Positions 12,069 to 22,870 of a stretch of DNA of 64,000 bases are shown here, in pieces. The stretch's first letter is position 1; the number at the start of each line of letters is the position of its first letter. The translations under genes were made by a program, and so were the position numbers. The stretch is from NCBI GenBank assembly GCA_040954595.2, contig CM082579.2, forward strand, positions 13,703,834-13,767,833. Direction: 5' to 3'. Below the pieces are notes generated by a model. It saw only the letters and a list, made by a program, of their open reading frames with translations, did not search any database and had not been told where the DNA came from. Origin of the DNA: Balanoglossus misakiensis. Its lineage: Eukaryota; Animalia; Hemichordata.

Positions 12069-12943
12069 TGGGTTACCCCCCTTTGCCAGCCAGTAGTGAC
12101 CTGGTTTGTCGTTACACAGCCTACTTAGCTCGCCGTCTAAAGTTCAACTCAGTGAAGCAGTATTTAAATATTATTCGTATTTTGCACTTAGAGCATGGCT
12201 TCGCCAATCCACTCCAAGACAATTGGCTGCTGACTATGCTGTTAAAGGGCATAGCCAAAGTTAAGGGAACTACAGTTGCCAGGAAGCTGCCTCTCACCCC
12301 CACATTGTTATTGGGCATTCACAGTCAGTTATGTTTTTCATCAGCCTTTGATTCTGTCTTTTGGGCAGCCTGCCTTGTGGGTTTCTTTGGGTTGCTGCGC
12401 AAATCCAATTTCTTAGTTCCTTCAGGCTCTAAGTTTGACCCAGACAAACATCTAACTAGGGCTTCCTTCCAGGTGCATGCATGGGGTCTCACCATCATTA
12501 TTCAATGGACCAAAACGCTACAAACTCGGGATCGGGTTCTTCAAGTTCCTCTCCCATGGATTCGCAATCACCCATTATGCCCTGTTTCTGCAGTCCTTAG
12601 GGCATTTCAGCATTCTAAGGGGGCGCCCCCTACAGGCCCAGCCTTTGTCATCCCTGCAGGTAATGGTAGCTTCCGCCCGCTCACTGTCCCACAGTTCACC
12701 TCAAAGCTCCGCACCCATCTTAGTCGCCTAGGGGTGCAGGTCAGTGAATATTCTTCACACAGTCTCCGTCAGGGAGGGGCATCCTGGGCAATACAGTGTG
12801 GGGTTCCCAGTGATATAATTAAGCTGATGGGGGATTGGAGGAGTGACGCATACCTTCGTTACTTGGTCCTCCCCCTCCCTTTCAAAGTTAACTCTGTTAA
12901 GCTTTGTGCCAAACAGCTTCCTTTTTCTACTTCTACATTGTAA
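11978..12943 (+). CDS. Ngaro tyrosine recombinase
   Basis: Catalytic motifs GLLRKSN (R), TKT (K), HSLR, GDW, YLRY (Y); LCPV motif; overlaps the RNase H frame. Confidence 0.92.
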   Translation: MATYRGSAFAENTQRTYSVHWKSYISFCVMMGYPPLPASSDLVCRYTAYLARRLKFNSVKQYLNIIRILHLEHGFANPLQDNWLLTMLLKGIAKVKGTTVARKLPLTPTLLLGIHSQLCFSSAFDSVFWAACLVGFFGLLRKSNFLVPSGSKFDPDKHLTRASFQVHAWGLTIIIQWTKTLQTRDRVLQVPLPWIRNHPLCPVSAVLRAFQHSKGAPPTGPAFVIPAGNGSFRPLTVPQFTSKLRTHLSRLGVQVSEYSSHSLRQGGASWAIQCGVPSDIIKLMGDWRSDAYLRYLVLPLPFKVNSVKLCAKQLPFSTSTL

Positions 12944-14944
12944 GCAAGTTTTCTATGACTACCACTACTATATTGGGTTTTTGGGAGAATTTTGTAGTAA
13001 ACACAGACAGACTTCAACTGTCCATTAGTATGTGTTTTTGTCAGTATTAAAGTTTCCCCCAAAGTTGTGCCCAATTTGTGTGTCCCAGTGTGGTTTGTGT
13101 GTGAGAGCCAGTGTGCCTTAAGGAGTAGCTCTAAGTGAGCGCTGATTAAGGCGCGGTGGGGACAGTAGGGGTCCGTGTGCCAGCCAAACATATGCTGTCT
13201 CAAGACCGCCGGAGGGAAAGTTTCCCGGGCTTGTCATTGCCACTTTTGCATTCGGCAGAGCAGCAGGCTGGACACGGGACGCTATTGACCCACCCTCCCA
13301 CCACACATTCCAGGGAATTTCTGCCTGTCTTTGTTGCTTTATATTATTTATATTTATTGTATTTATTAAAAGCATTGTTTGTATGCTTTGCATTATTTTC
13401 ATAGTTCTTTTGATAGTGTAGTTTTCAGGGGGAGAATTTTGTAGTAAACACAGACAGACTTCAACTGTTCATTAGTATGTGTTTTTGTCAGTATTAAAGT
13501 TTTCCCCAAAGTTGTGCCCAATTTGTGTGTCCCAGTGTGGTTTGTGTGTGAGAGCCAGTGTGCCTTAAACATTTCATACAACACTGCCTACTAACAATAG
13601 TCATATCAATCTGACAAGGGAAAATGAAAAAACACATCTTTTCAAACTAGCTTACTGTGCGGACCAATTTCATTAAGCTCCATTGAACAGCTATATTTTC
13701 TTGAATTCTGGTTTTATAATTAATTTTGATTGATTGACATGTGTTTTACATCTAAATGCATCGCTTTGGGAACATTTTCTCGTATGTATGAGATTATTAA
13801 ATTGAACTTGTATATTTGCTGAGGGCAACTAAATGTTCAGTAAAGATGAGGAATGCTCAATGTTTGGATTGTCTTCAAAAAGATGACAACAACTCAAGTC
13901 TCAAAAACTCTTTGTTTTGAATTTTGAATTGTTTTTGTTGCATCAGTAACGACTTCACATGTGGATGCCACATTTGATTCTTAGCAAATGTTGTATTTTG
14001 ACAGAGAGGAGTCCATTCCTCAATCATATCACCCCGCAAACGGCCTGAACTCCAAAAACTTAGCGACAAAGCGTGAAGTACAGATGGTACCTATGAAGGA
14101 TTATGCGGCTGATCCACACCACATGATACTTCTCAAAGGTTATCAACTTGCTGGTAGGTATATGTTGCTATGCAAATATTTGCAATCATACCATCCAGAT
14201 TCTAAAGTTCACAGGTCAAATATATAACTTGTTTACGTGGCCATTTACAACCAATTCATCATTTTGTGGTTTGTTAAGATTTTTATTACTCTAAATTGGT
14301 ACTTCCATAAAATGGTTGTAATATTTATTACACATCACGTATTGTTATGCGCTCCTGGTTGGCTAATACTAAATATGACAGAACTTCATGACCTCTGCAC
14401 ACGATCTGAGGCTTAAGGAAGTTATTTTCGCGAGTGATGCAGTGTCTTCTGTTGCAGTACTTTCACAAGCCAAGCATTTTATTCCCCATCATTTCAATGC
14501 CTGGCCAATGAATTACACATCCTCCTGAAAATTGCTGGTAGGTGAGAAATCAGTTTCCATGGTTGCATCCTGGATGAAACACTGGTACAGGTTCAAGACA
14601 AGTTTAGTGATATTGTGTAAATCCACAGAAGAATTTCACATCAACTGTATAATCTTCTATTTTTCTCATGATTGTGTTTCAGAAAAATCTGTGTCAAGTG
14701 GTGATACATAAGAGGTTGCCATCGTGAAACCTAAAACCATAGCAACCACTTCAGTGTCTACAACCACTACCACAACACAGCCACTGAAACCCGCATCAAC
14801 AGTTACCATGTTTACAGCATCTACCTCCAGTATGACCTCAAATCCTCTCAAATCAACTGTTGGAAGTTCAACTCCAGGTAAAGTCTCCAGTGTTGCTTAC
14901 GAGTCATTTGTCATAATTAGACCACCAAGTGAAGTGTGAGATAT

Positions 14945-16852
14945 TGAACACCTATTGCCTGGCCATGAGGGCCATAGCGGCCGTTTATTACACCCGAGGG
15001 GCTGTGAGTTACCAGAATCACATGCTATTTCTCGAGGCCGTAGGCCGAGGGAAATAGCGTATGATTCTGGTAACTCACAGCCACGAGGGTGTAATAAACG
15101 GCCGCTATGGCCCGAATATAGGCCAGGCTATAGGTGTTTTATAATAAACCTCATGCTAACAGTTTATGTTTGCAATATTGAACAAGTTTAATTAAATACC
15201 TTGAATACGAAATACAATAAATTCAACATGAACGGATGCTATAACCCGAATAAAACAGCTTACGGCTTATTATAATGTAATATGCAAAATTTGGTAAGCT
15301 GACAAAGTACAACTTTTGACAGTCAATTGGCTTCGGATTCCATAAAGCCTAATTGTTGTGGATGTTGACGACGCATCCATGAAAGTTATAGTTCACTACT
15401 TTCTTACTACCGCTCACTTCTTGTTGAGTAACAAAATTAACCGGCGGCGGCGGAGAAGAAGTAGTCAGTTCACTCAGAAATGACCGTTGCAAGGGCGATG
15501 CCATTATCGGAGCTAGCGACGACTGCGGCTGTTCTATTGTTTGTGCGCCTTCTATCTGTTCGTTTGTCGACGAACTTCCTTGAATAGCACTGGAAAGTGT
15601 ACGGCTCATTTCTCGCTTCTTGTCTTCACCAACTCTGCTATAACTTCTGATACTGGTCTCTGATTTGTGACCACTAACTCCCATGATATGCCGTGCCTCA
15701 AAGCCTTTGTCGTCCAGCGTTGTCACAGTGGTAGCACGCAAACAGTGGTTGGTGTACGTACGAGAACATTCAGCTTCGACAGATATTTTCTTCATTTTGT
15801 CGGCGAGCGTATTTTTACCAACTGCTATGCTGTCATACCAAACAGAGTCATCTTGACTTTTCAGTGCTGGTTTTGGTCGCTGCCAAAAAGCCTCAGAGTT
15901 TGGGTTTAGCTTTGTTAAATACAATTCAAAAGACCAAACTGGACATAGCGAGTTTTCAGGAGTCTCGTACATCCTCCCTCCTTGACTCATTTCCGCGTCG
16001 TCTATACAGCCACGGTGATTTTTCGTCAGCATATCTTTACAGAGCGACACATATTTCAGGCCCGTTGAATCACGTTGGACGACGAAGTGCGACTTCGTCA
16101 TGTTACGTAGATTTTCGCGGCCGCGATTGCATAGATACATCATAATATCAACGAAAACCTTGTTTTGTAACCCGCGTGGCGTTGACTTGTCAAGTGCAGA
16201 CGACAACATCATTTTTGTCATGTCATCTTTGGTAACGGGTTCTTTATGTTGCGTTGCACCCTTACCCTCGCCTTTCAGTTTTACAAGCATTGCAGTGAAT
16301 ACATCATTGGCAGGCTTGAAAATCTCACTGTGGATGATGTCGGTGCCGCACTGTTTCAGAAAATATCGTTGTAAGCCATATCGTATTGTTATCATTGACT
16401 TACTCGAATACAGCTGTGCGTTGTTCTGTCGAACCCCAGCGTAGAAATCCCGCAGCGTGAGACACAAATCGGCTGGCGCAGTCTTTTCCACGTCGGATAT
16501 GGTAGTACCAATTTCTTCACAAAACGAAGTAAAAATCCTCGTTCCGATTGAATTACATATTTGGTGTTACGTGAATCCTTGTTGTCGACAAGGTGTTGCA
16601 GTTCTTGCTCCGACAAAAGGGAAAATCTTGCAATTTTCTCTTTAGGTTGGCATACGACATCTTCAGCGGTGGCCATTGTGCTAGCAGACGACGCGACGTT
16701 GATTGACATGACCCTGTGACGTCACGTTGGTCACGTGACCGGTTTATATTTTTTCTGCTATTGCCCTATCGGTTCATAGTCGATTCTATTTTCCTATCAC
16801 GTGACGGATTCTGGCGAATCACGGCACAGTATTAGCATGAGGTATATTATAA
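14945..16852 (-). mobile_element. Crypton DNA transposon (DUF3504-type YR) with terminal hairpin and asymmetric inverted repeat
   Basis: Absent from paralogous sites gagatat|agtagaat (~1837-1851, ~3453-3467); no TSD. Hairpin at ~14947-15139; 21-bp IR 15139-15159 / 16832-16852. Confidence 0.93.
15349..16676 (-). pseudogene. Crypton tyrosine recombinase, single frameshift near 16543
   Basis: N-terminal RFSLLSEQEL...SRNTK is in one frame. It continues as GTRIFTSFCEE... into the 380-aa ORF with NRGREN (R), TKNHRG (K), NHCLRAT (HxxR), SGHKS (H) and RSY (Y). Confidence 0.9.
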
Positions 16853-19800
16853 AGTAGAATATTGCCATGTTGATCTTCACTACAATATTAGTTAAAGTTA
16901 TATAGCACTCTGTGATCAACGAGTTGAAAATACAGCATGAGCTGTAGTCCCCTTCATCAGCTGTACACGTAGAATGAACAGAGAAACAGAGAATCATGGG
17001 GTATTCAAAGTAGGAAATATGTGCAGGACCAGGTGCATCGATCAGAAATATTTCCTACAGTGGATTTTCTATCTGAGGATGGTGACTTCATGACCGCGAT
17101 ATTGTGCCCTTGAGCGAGGCACTTTACTTCTCATTGCTCTTGGGAGACTGGCTTTGTAGAGGTGATTTGCACCTGTTCTAGTCTTTCTACTAGACAAATT
17201 TTCTGTGTTTGCGATTGATGAATTACTGTCTAATGGGAAATTTTTGTAAACTTCGCGAGAACCAACAAATGCGAACTAAAAAGTCATATAAAAATGTTTT
17301 TCAGGGATATTGGTGCAGTTAGTGAAATATAAGAATGCGAAATTTAATTGTAGCATAACAGCTGTCTCTATTGATATTGCGAAAATTTCTTGTCACAGAA
17401 ATTTCCCGTTTTACAGTTCATAAATAAATCAACTAGATCTTTTTACTGCAGATGCCACACCAACTAATCATCTGTTACCTGGACGACCAAGTCAAATTGG
17501 AAGTCAGTCTCCACAACAACTGTCATCCTCTCAACAGAAACTGATTCAACCAAGTCAGCCCCAGATGCAGGGCCAAGGTCAAAGGTCATCAATGCCTTTT
17601 GCCCAGCCTACCAGTTTACCAAACCAACCAGTATCCACTGTCACAGCAAACAGGACTCAACAACCCAATGTGACTGTTTCAAGTACATGTATCCCCATGA
17701 GACAATTTTGTCCACCCAGGTACAGCTGTGGTCTACCTTCTACTTTTTGAGATTCAAATTAGCTGTTTCTAGTTACCCATCCTGTGAATTGAAAGGTTTT
17801 TATGACTGTATCGCATAGCCTTGTCTTACCATTGTCTACACAGTAGACTATTTATTTTCAAAACACATTCAAAACTTCTGTTTTGGTTGCAAAAAAGCCA
17901 CTCTGTAAATGGAAAGACTCTTTGGATAATGCCACAGACTCATTAATCAAATTCAAGTTTTAATGTGATTAATGTTGATAAGCCCTAAAACCTGATCCCT
18001 TCCAAATGTGAGTATGTGTGTTGAAAATAGGACTTTGAGAGTTGTAAGCTCAACATCGATTCAAAAATTGAAGTCATGAATTAAAAAATGTGGTTTTGAA
18101 TACTGGTCTTGATAATGCTTCATATTAACTAGGTTTGTTACTCTTTTTGGACAGGCAACTTCACCACCAAAGATGACTTCCCAGCATGTGCCAGCTGCTG
18201 CACTGAAAGCCACAGAGGGTGTCATGCAAATGGCAAATGCTAGTCAGTTCAGTAAGATGCCACAAATTGCTGCTGTGAATTCTATCAACTAACAGCCACA
18301 GCAGAGATGGCCAGGTACAGATTCAAAGCCACAACGAGGTAGGTACAGTCAAACCTGTCTACAGTGGCCAGTCAAGGGACTTTCCTAAACTGGCATTTAT
18401 AGACAGGTGGCTTCTATAGATAGGTCAGTTAATGTGCAATGTACATGTACATGAAATGAAACAAAGTTGCCACTATAATAGAGGTGGCCACAAACACAGA
18501 TTTGACTGTCATATATGTTATGTTGCCATGGCAGTCATTTACCATTAGTTTGAATATACTTTGCCAAAACCTGAGGAAAAAATATTCAAGTTCCCCTTTT
18601 CGTATTCCCCTATCAATGGTATAATACAACAGTGTCATGGTAAAATTTTGTGACATTTTTGCTAACTGCTAAAGCCCAAGTAACATTGTTTTTTTCAGTA
18701 TTTTTCAGCTAAGGAATTAACCCTAGTTTCTTGTTCTGCTATGGATAGCTTTATGAAATGTTCAGTCTTTAGCTTCTATACAAAACTTGTACATGAGTAA
18801 TGGCCATTGTGAATATTAAATGAACTCAGACGAGAATTCATTTTTCAACAATAACAATGCTGATCAATATATAAAACGCCTTTGTTTGAAAACCAAACTC
18901 TGAATAAATTCTTAATGTTTTACAGAGTAGAATAAAGCTGATATCCAAAGTTAAGGTTGAAGTTATTGACGTTTTAATACTACTGTGTTTACTTATCAGC
19001 AGGTATGCAGTCAACGATGCGAACAGGAGTGCAGTCAACACAACCGACAGTTCCTAATGTGAGCGACAGCAAAATCCACCTGTCACCACTGGCACCAATG
19101 TTGTTCCAACTCTGACACAGCCACAAGTACATGTACAAAACCAGTCATTGGTATGTTATGTTATGAGCTGAGTTGTAATACCCACCTATCCCTTTTGCCT
19201 GGCAAGTGACAGTTTATCACTTTTCAGTATTTCAATGGAACTGTATTTGGATAATTTGTTACCTAACATGACATCAGAAGATGGCAGCTTGATGTCTTAA
19301 CTGAGGACATTGGATGACCAGTAGATAAAGATTTTCTTTGATATCAATGACATCAGACGCAGTTCCGTTGGCATCAAATTTCCAGCTGACGGGGAATTTC
19401 AGCAACGTGGTGCAAATGACGACTGTGCAGATGAATACCAAGATGCTGTTGAGGCACCATGCCTGATACATATTACCTGTCTGGTGGTTCTAAAGTATAA
19501 ACACATCCGGAAAAAAATATTTTACGGGATACCAATTGCGACAAATTATTCCCATCTTGTTATAAATCTGAGCCCAGGTGTCTTTGGTGTGAGATTCCAG
19601 TAGTCGAGAGTAGGCTTACCTTGAATAATGTAATGCTTGTAAATAATTTCTAATTTCTTCTTACCCTCCAGATATGAATGAATGTCACAGTGGTGGGAAT
19701 GCGTGTCAACACTGTTGTCAGAATACCCATGGTAGTTATCTCTGCGCTTGCAGACCAGGATTCTATCTGCTGGAGGATGGCTATGCATGTGGCGGTATGT

Positions 19801-20131
19801 AACTGTGGATATTGATCTCTTCTGTGGCTACACTGTTTGGGAATTGTATATTGCTATGGTTACAATCAGCTAAACACACATCCTGTCAGTCCATTGCACA
19901 CATTTTAAAATTTGAAATCAACCGCACACTCGTACTGAACACATGTTTGTTGAAATTGTATCTCAGAATTTTTCCATTTATAATTATGCATAATATAAAC
20001 AAATTAACAAATGTGAAATTTTATCTTTGAAAATTTGTTTGCAAGGGTGAAAAAGTAATCTGTTGTTTTAAAAATCAGACAAAGTTTTGCTGACAGGGTA
20101 CACGAGTTTCAGGGGATTTTGTTAAAATGAG

Positions 20132-21029
20132 TATGGGCAAATCAACAGCTATCAATGGATGCACCACAGGAGTAGGTGTTGGTTCAAAACGCCTTTGGTA
20201 CTTACAATCGTCCGGATCATATCAAAACGCGATGTGTTTGAATGCGACTGCATTTACTGACATCGAGAATGGCGGCCACATTGTGATGACCGCGTCGACC
20301 GATGCGCGCGATGAACGTACGTGACTGACCTCCCTTGTCATGATCTTGCGTGTTTTGATATCTGCCATCATCTCTGACGCATAAAGTAGTCGGAACAGCG
20401 AAAGGTTTTCACAAATTTTGTCAAAACTGCGTCGAAATGGCTTTCTGACATTGACTTCCGTGTCTACGCTGTGGACTCACTAAGTATGACTGTTCAATGA
20501 CGTTTTATGAATGGACCAATCCGGTTACGTATGGTAATGCGTCCCGGGTCAAAAGTCAAGTATTGTACTTCGGCCAGTAAAACTTGCAAGGGTTGTAGAT
20601 TGCGGTGAATAAATATAAATAAATCGTGGAAAATTTGTATTAAAATCGTGATCTCTAAAAAAAGAGTGAGAACTTGATTTTGAGTGATATTGCAGTACAA
20701 AATTACAAAAAAATACTTTTTATTCCTTGGGGAAGTGTTAATTATTCAGAAAAAAAATATATTCTGAAATTTTCCAACTTCAGAATTTTTCCAACTGCAA
20801 CAGAGGATATGATTATTTCATCAACTAACATGTAAAAGTTATTTAAAAAGTCAACTATGTCAATTAATGCATTATCTGGAAAGATACCTTTTACGTGTCA
20901 TGAATTACTATAGTTAATATATAGATAAAGGCCTTCATGCAATATTACATACACCAACACTTCATTTTGCAGTACGTGAGCTGCGGTGTACTGGCTTTTG
21001 CACTTGTCTGAGCTGCAGAAAGTCTTATC
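20132..21029. mobile_element. Probable one-ended DNA transposon fragment replacing ~510 bp of the paralogous intron
   Basis: Present only in this copy (compare 24922-25429) and CpG-rich at the start. No partner TIR or TSD seen. Confidence 0.4.
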
Positions 21030-21927
21030 ATATTGAAATTTACAGAAGGCATTGTTCCCTGCTGTTTTAGAGCTGTGAGTTAACTGCGTAGAGCTGCCGT
21101 TTGTCTACACAATGTTCTAAAAAGCTGTCAAAGAGAATTTGGTCTGCTGCCAACAAATGACAGCTCAGAACAACCATTGCAGACCTGCAGATGAGCTGTG
21201 GATAGCTGACACAGCTCTAAATCAGAGCTGCAGCAGCTCTCTGCAGATCTGCAGGTTTGGTAAGGGATGTAGATGGTGAAAGGACGTGACAAGACTCGAA
21301 TCTGAATCAGAATATGAATCTTGGGCTGTGGAACGTGAAACGTGAAACTTGAAACGTGAATCTTGAATTAGGCTTACCCTAATTTTTAATGGGTATATTC
21401 TTGATAACTCATCACCATGAATGATCATTTCAAAACTTAACAAGGCATATGGCTAAAGAGGATTCAGTGTTTGTGCACCTTCTATCTGCAATGCTGGATC
21501 TATTGACAGTTTTCAAAGGGGTTTAAAGACTCGTCTTTTTATTCAGTACTTTCTATTTCATTCCATTGCTTTTTTGGTTAATAGGGACTGTCTTTCAGAA
21601 CTCTTTGGTTTGTTTCGTGTTTTTAAGTGTAATTTATTATCCTTTAAGCTTTCACTTGTTTTCTAATTTTATTATTTTCTGTAGAAAATGCACTGAGATG
21701 TATGTGTATTATGTTTGTCAGGAAATAAATAATAATAAAATTAAAAATAATAAACTGTCTTTGATTTCAGATGTCAATGAACGTATGGAGAGAGCAGATC
21801 TTTGTGAAGGCCAGTGTGTGAATACAGCAGGCTCTTTTTATTGCACTTGTGTTGTGGGATATTGATTGGTCAATTGAGAGTGTACAGGTAAGACCAGCAC
21901 AATATGTGGGCAACGAAAGGTCCTGTA

Positions 21928-22081
21928 TCTGTAACTTTTGAATTTTTATTCAATATTATTCTGGGTGTCACCCATCATTTCTTGTTCAGCTCGGTGAAGC
22001 TAGGTCTGTAACTTTTGAATTTTTATTCAATATTATTCTGGGTGTCACCCATCATTTCTTGTTCAGCTCGGTGAAGCTAGG
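21928..22081 (+). repeat. Perfect 77-bp tandem duplication
   Basis: tctgtaacttttgaat...gaagctagg occurs twice (21928-22004, 22005-22081) and is single in paralogs. Confidence 0.9.
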
Positions 22082-22480
22082 TAAGCAATGTTGTTATTGT
22101 TTAAACATTGTATTCAAGCCTGGGTCTGGACTTGGATGCAATTTGTCAATAATAACAGTGATTGGTAACTGCATGTTTACATAACTGGCTAACTGTTAAA
22201 AAGACCAGCTGTTCTATTTGGTGTGTGTACAGTACACATGCCATTGGCAGCTTATGGCTCAGTCAGTGTTTGCCTGTTGATTTCTCTATGTGTGTGTGTC
22301 TGTCTGTCTGTCTGTATATGTACTCCGGTGTAGACTTTTTTATTGTGTTATCCCTGAATGGGACCACTGTGTCCTTAACGCGATGTTTTACACTCAGCAG
22401 CGATATTTTGTCTAACACGAGTCAAAATATCCCCAACTCGTCTGAGAAATCTTATCCCAGGTCCTAAGGTTGTGAGACTA

Positions 22481-22870
22481 ATAGAATCTCACACTCCCAA
22501 GGACTTGGGATCATATTTCTCACATGTGTTGAGGATTTTCTGTCCCAAACAAGCTGCAGGCGAATGTGGGACAAGATATCCCCGACGAGTGTGAGAAATA
22601 CGATCCCAGGTCCTTGGTGTGTGAGATTATTTTTCTCACACGGTCACAAATTAGCCAAATTCGTTAAATAAATGACTCTTGAACTGTCATCTGGTACATT
22701 GTAGATTCAGTATCGCGTCATTGGATAACATTTAGCACATGTTGTTAAAGAACTCTTTGTCATCCAATCAGCGCTCGCATCATATACAGCTCTCGATTCA
22801 GTGAGAATGTGGGATTGATTTGTTCTCACACTCTGATCCAACACTCTCAGCATGCCAGGAGTGTGAGAAT
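22481..22870. mobile_element. Hairpin-ended non-autonomous element (Crypton-like); copies at ~32461-32857, ~37280-37601+44437-44480, ~55732-56070
   Basis: Imperfect palindrome 22485-22628 centred on gctgcaggc, then ttctcacac (22633-22641), inverse of the terminal gtgtgagaa (22861-22869). Confidence 0.65.

Larger units (their letters stand above)
8652..13568 (+). mobile_element. Ngaro-type tyrosine-recombinase retrotransposon, full length
   Basis: Split direct repeats A1 8652-8818, B1 12983-13121, A2 13120-13286, B2 13430-13568; gag-like, RT/RNaseH and YR ORFs; no TSD. The empty site gatgtaaaacattt at ~468-481 shows a crossover at AA. Confidence 0.95.
6077..19150 (+). pseudogene. MED25: MED25 partial duplicate, copy 2, interrupted by three TEs; exons ~6077-6188, 14005-14153, 14683-14877, ~17452-17719, ~18155-18338, ~19003-19150
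   Basis: Colinear, highly similar to copy 1 and carries the same exon-2 frameshift and exon-3 stop, plus an extra TAA in exon 5. Confidence 0.85.

Noticed and set aside
11978-16491. Tyrosine recombinases as prophage/integron (bacterial contamination or HGT)
   Set aside because: Motifs and terminal structures fit eukaryotic Ngaro and Crypton elements precisely inserted in introns.
22340-22870. Recurrent tgagaa/tctcaca motifs as a CRISPR-like array
   Set aside because: They are palindrome arms and sub-repeats, with no constant repeat-spacer period and no cas genes.
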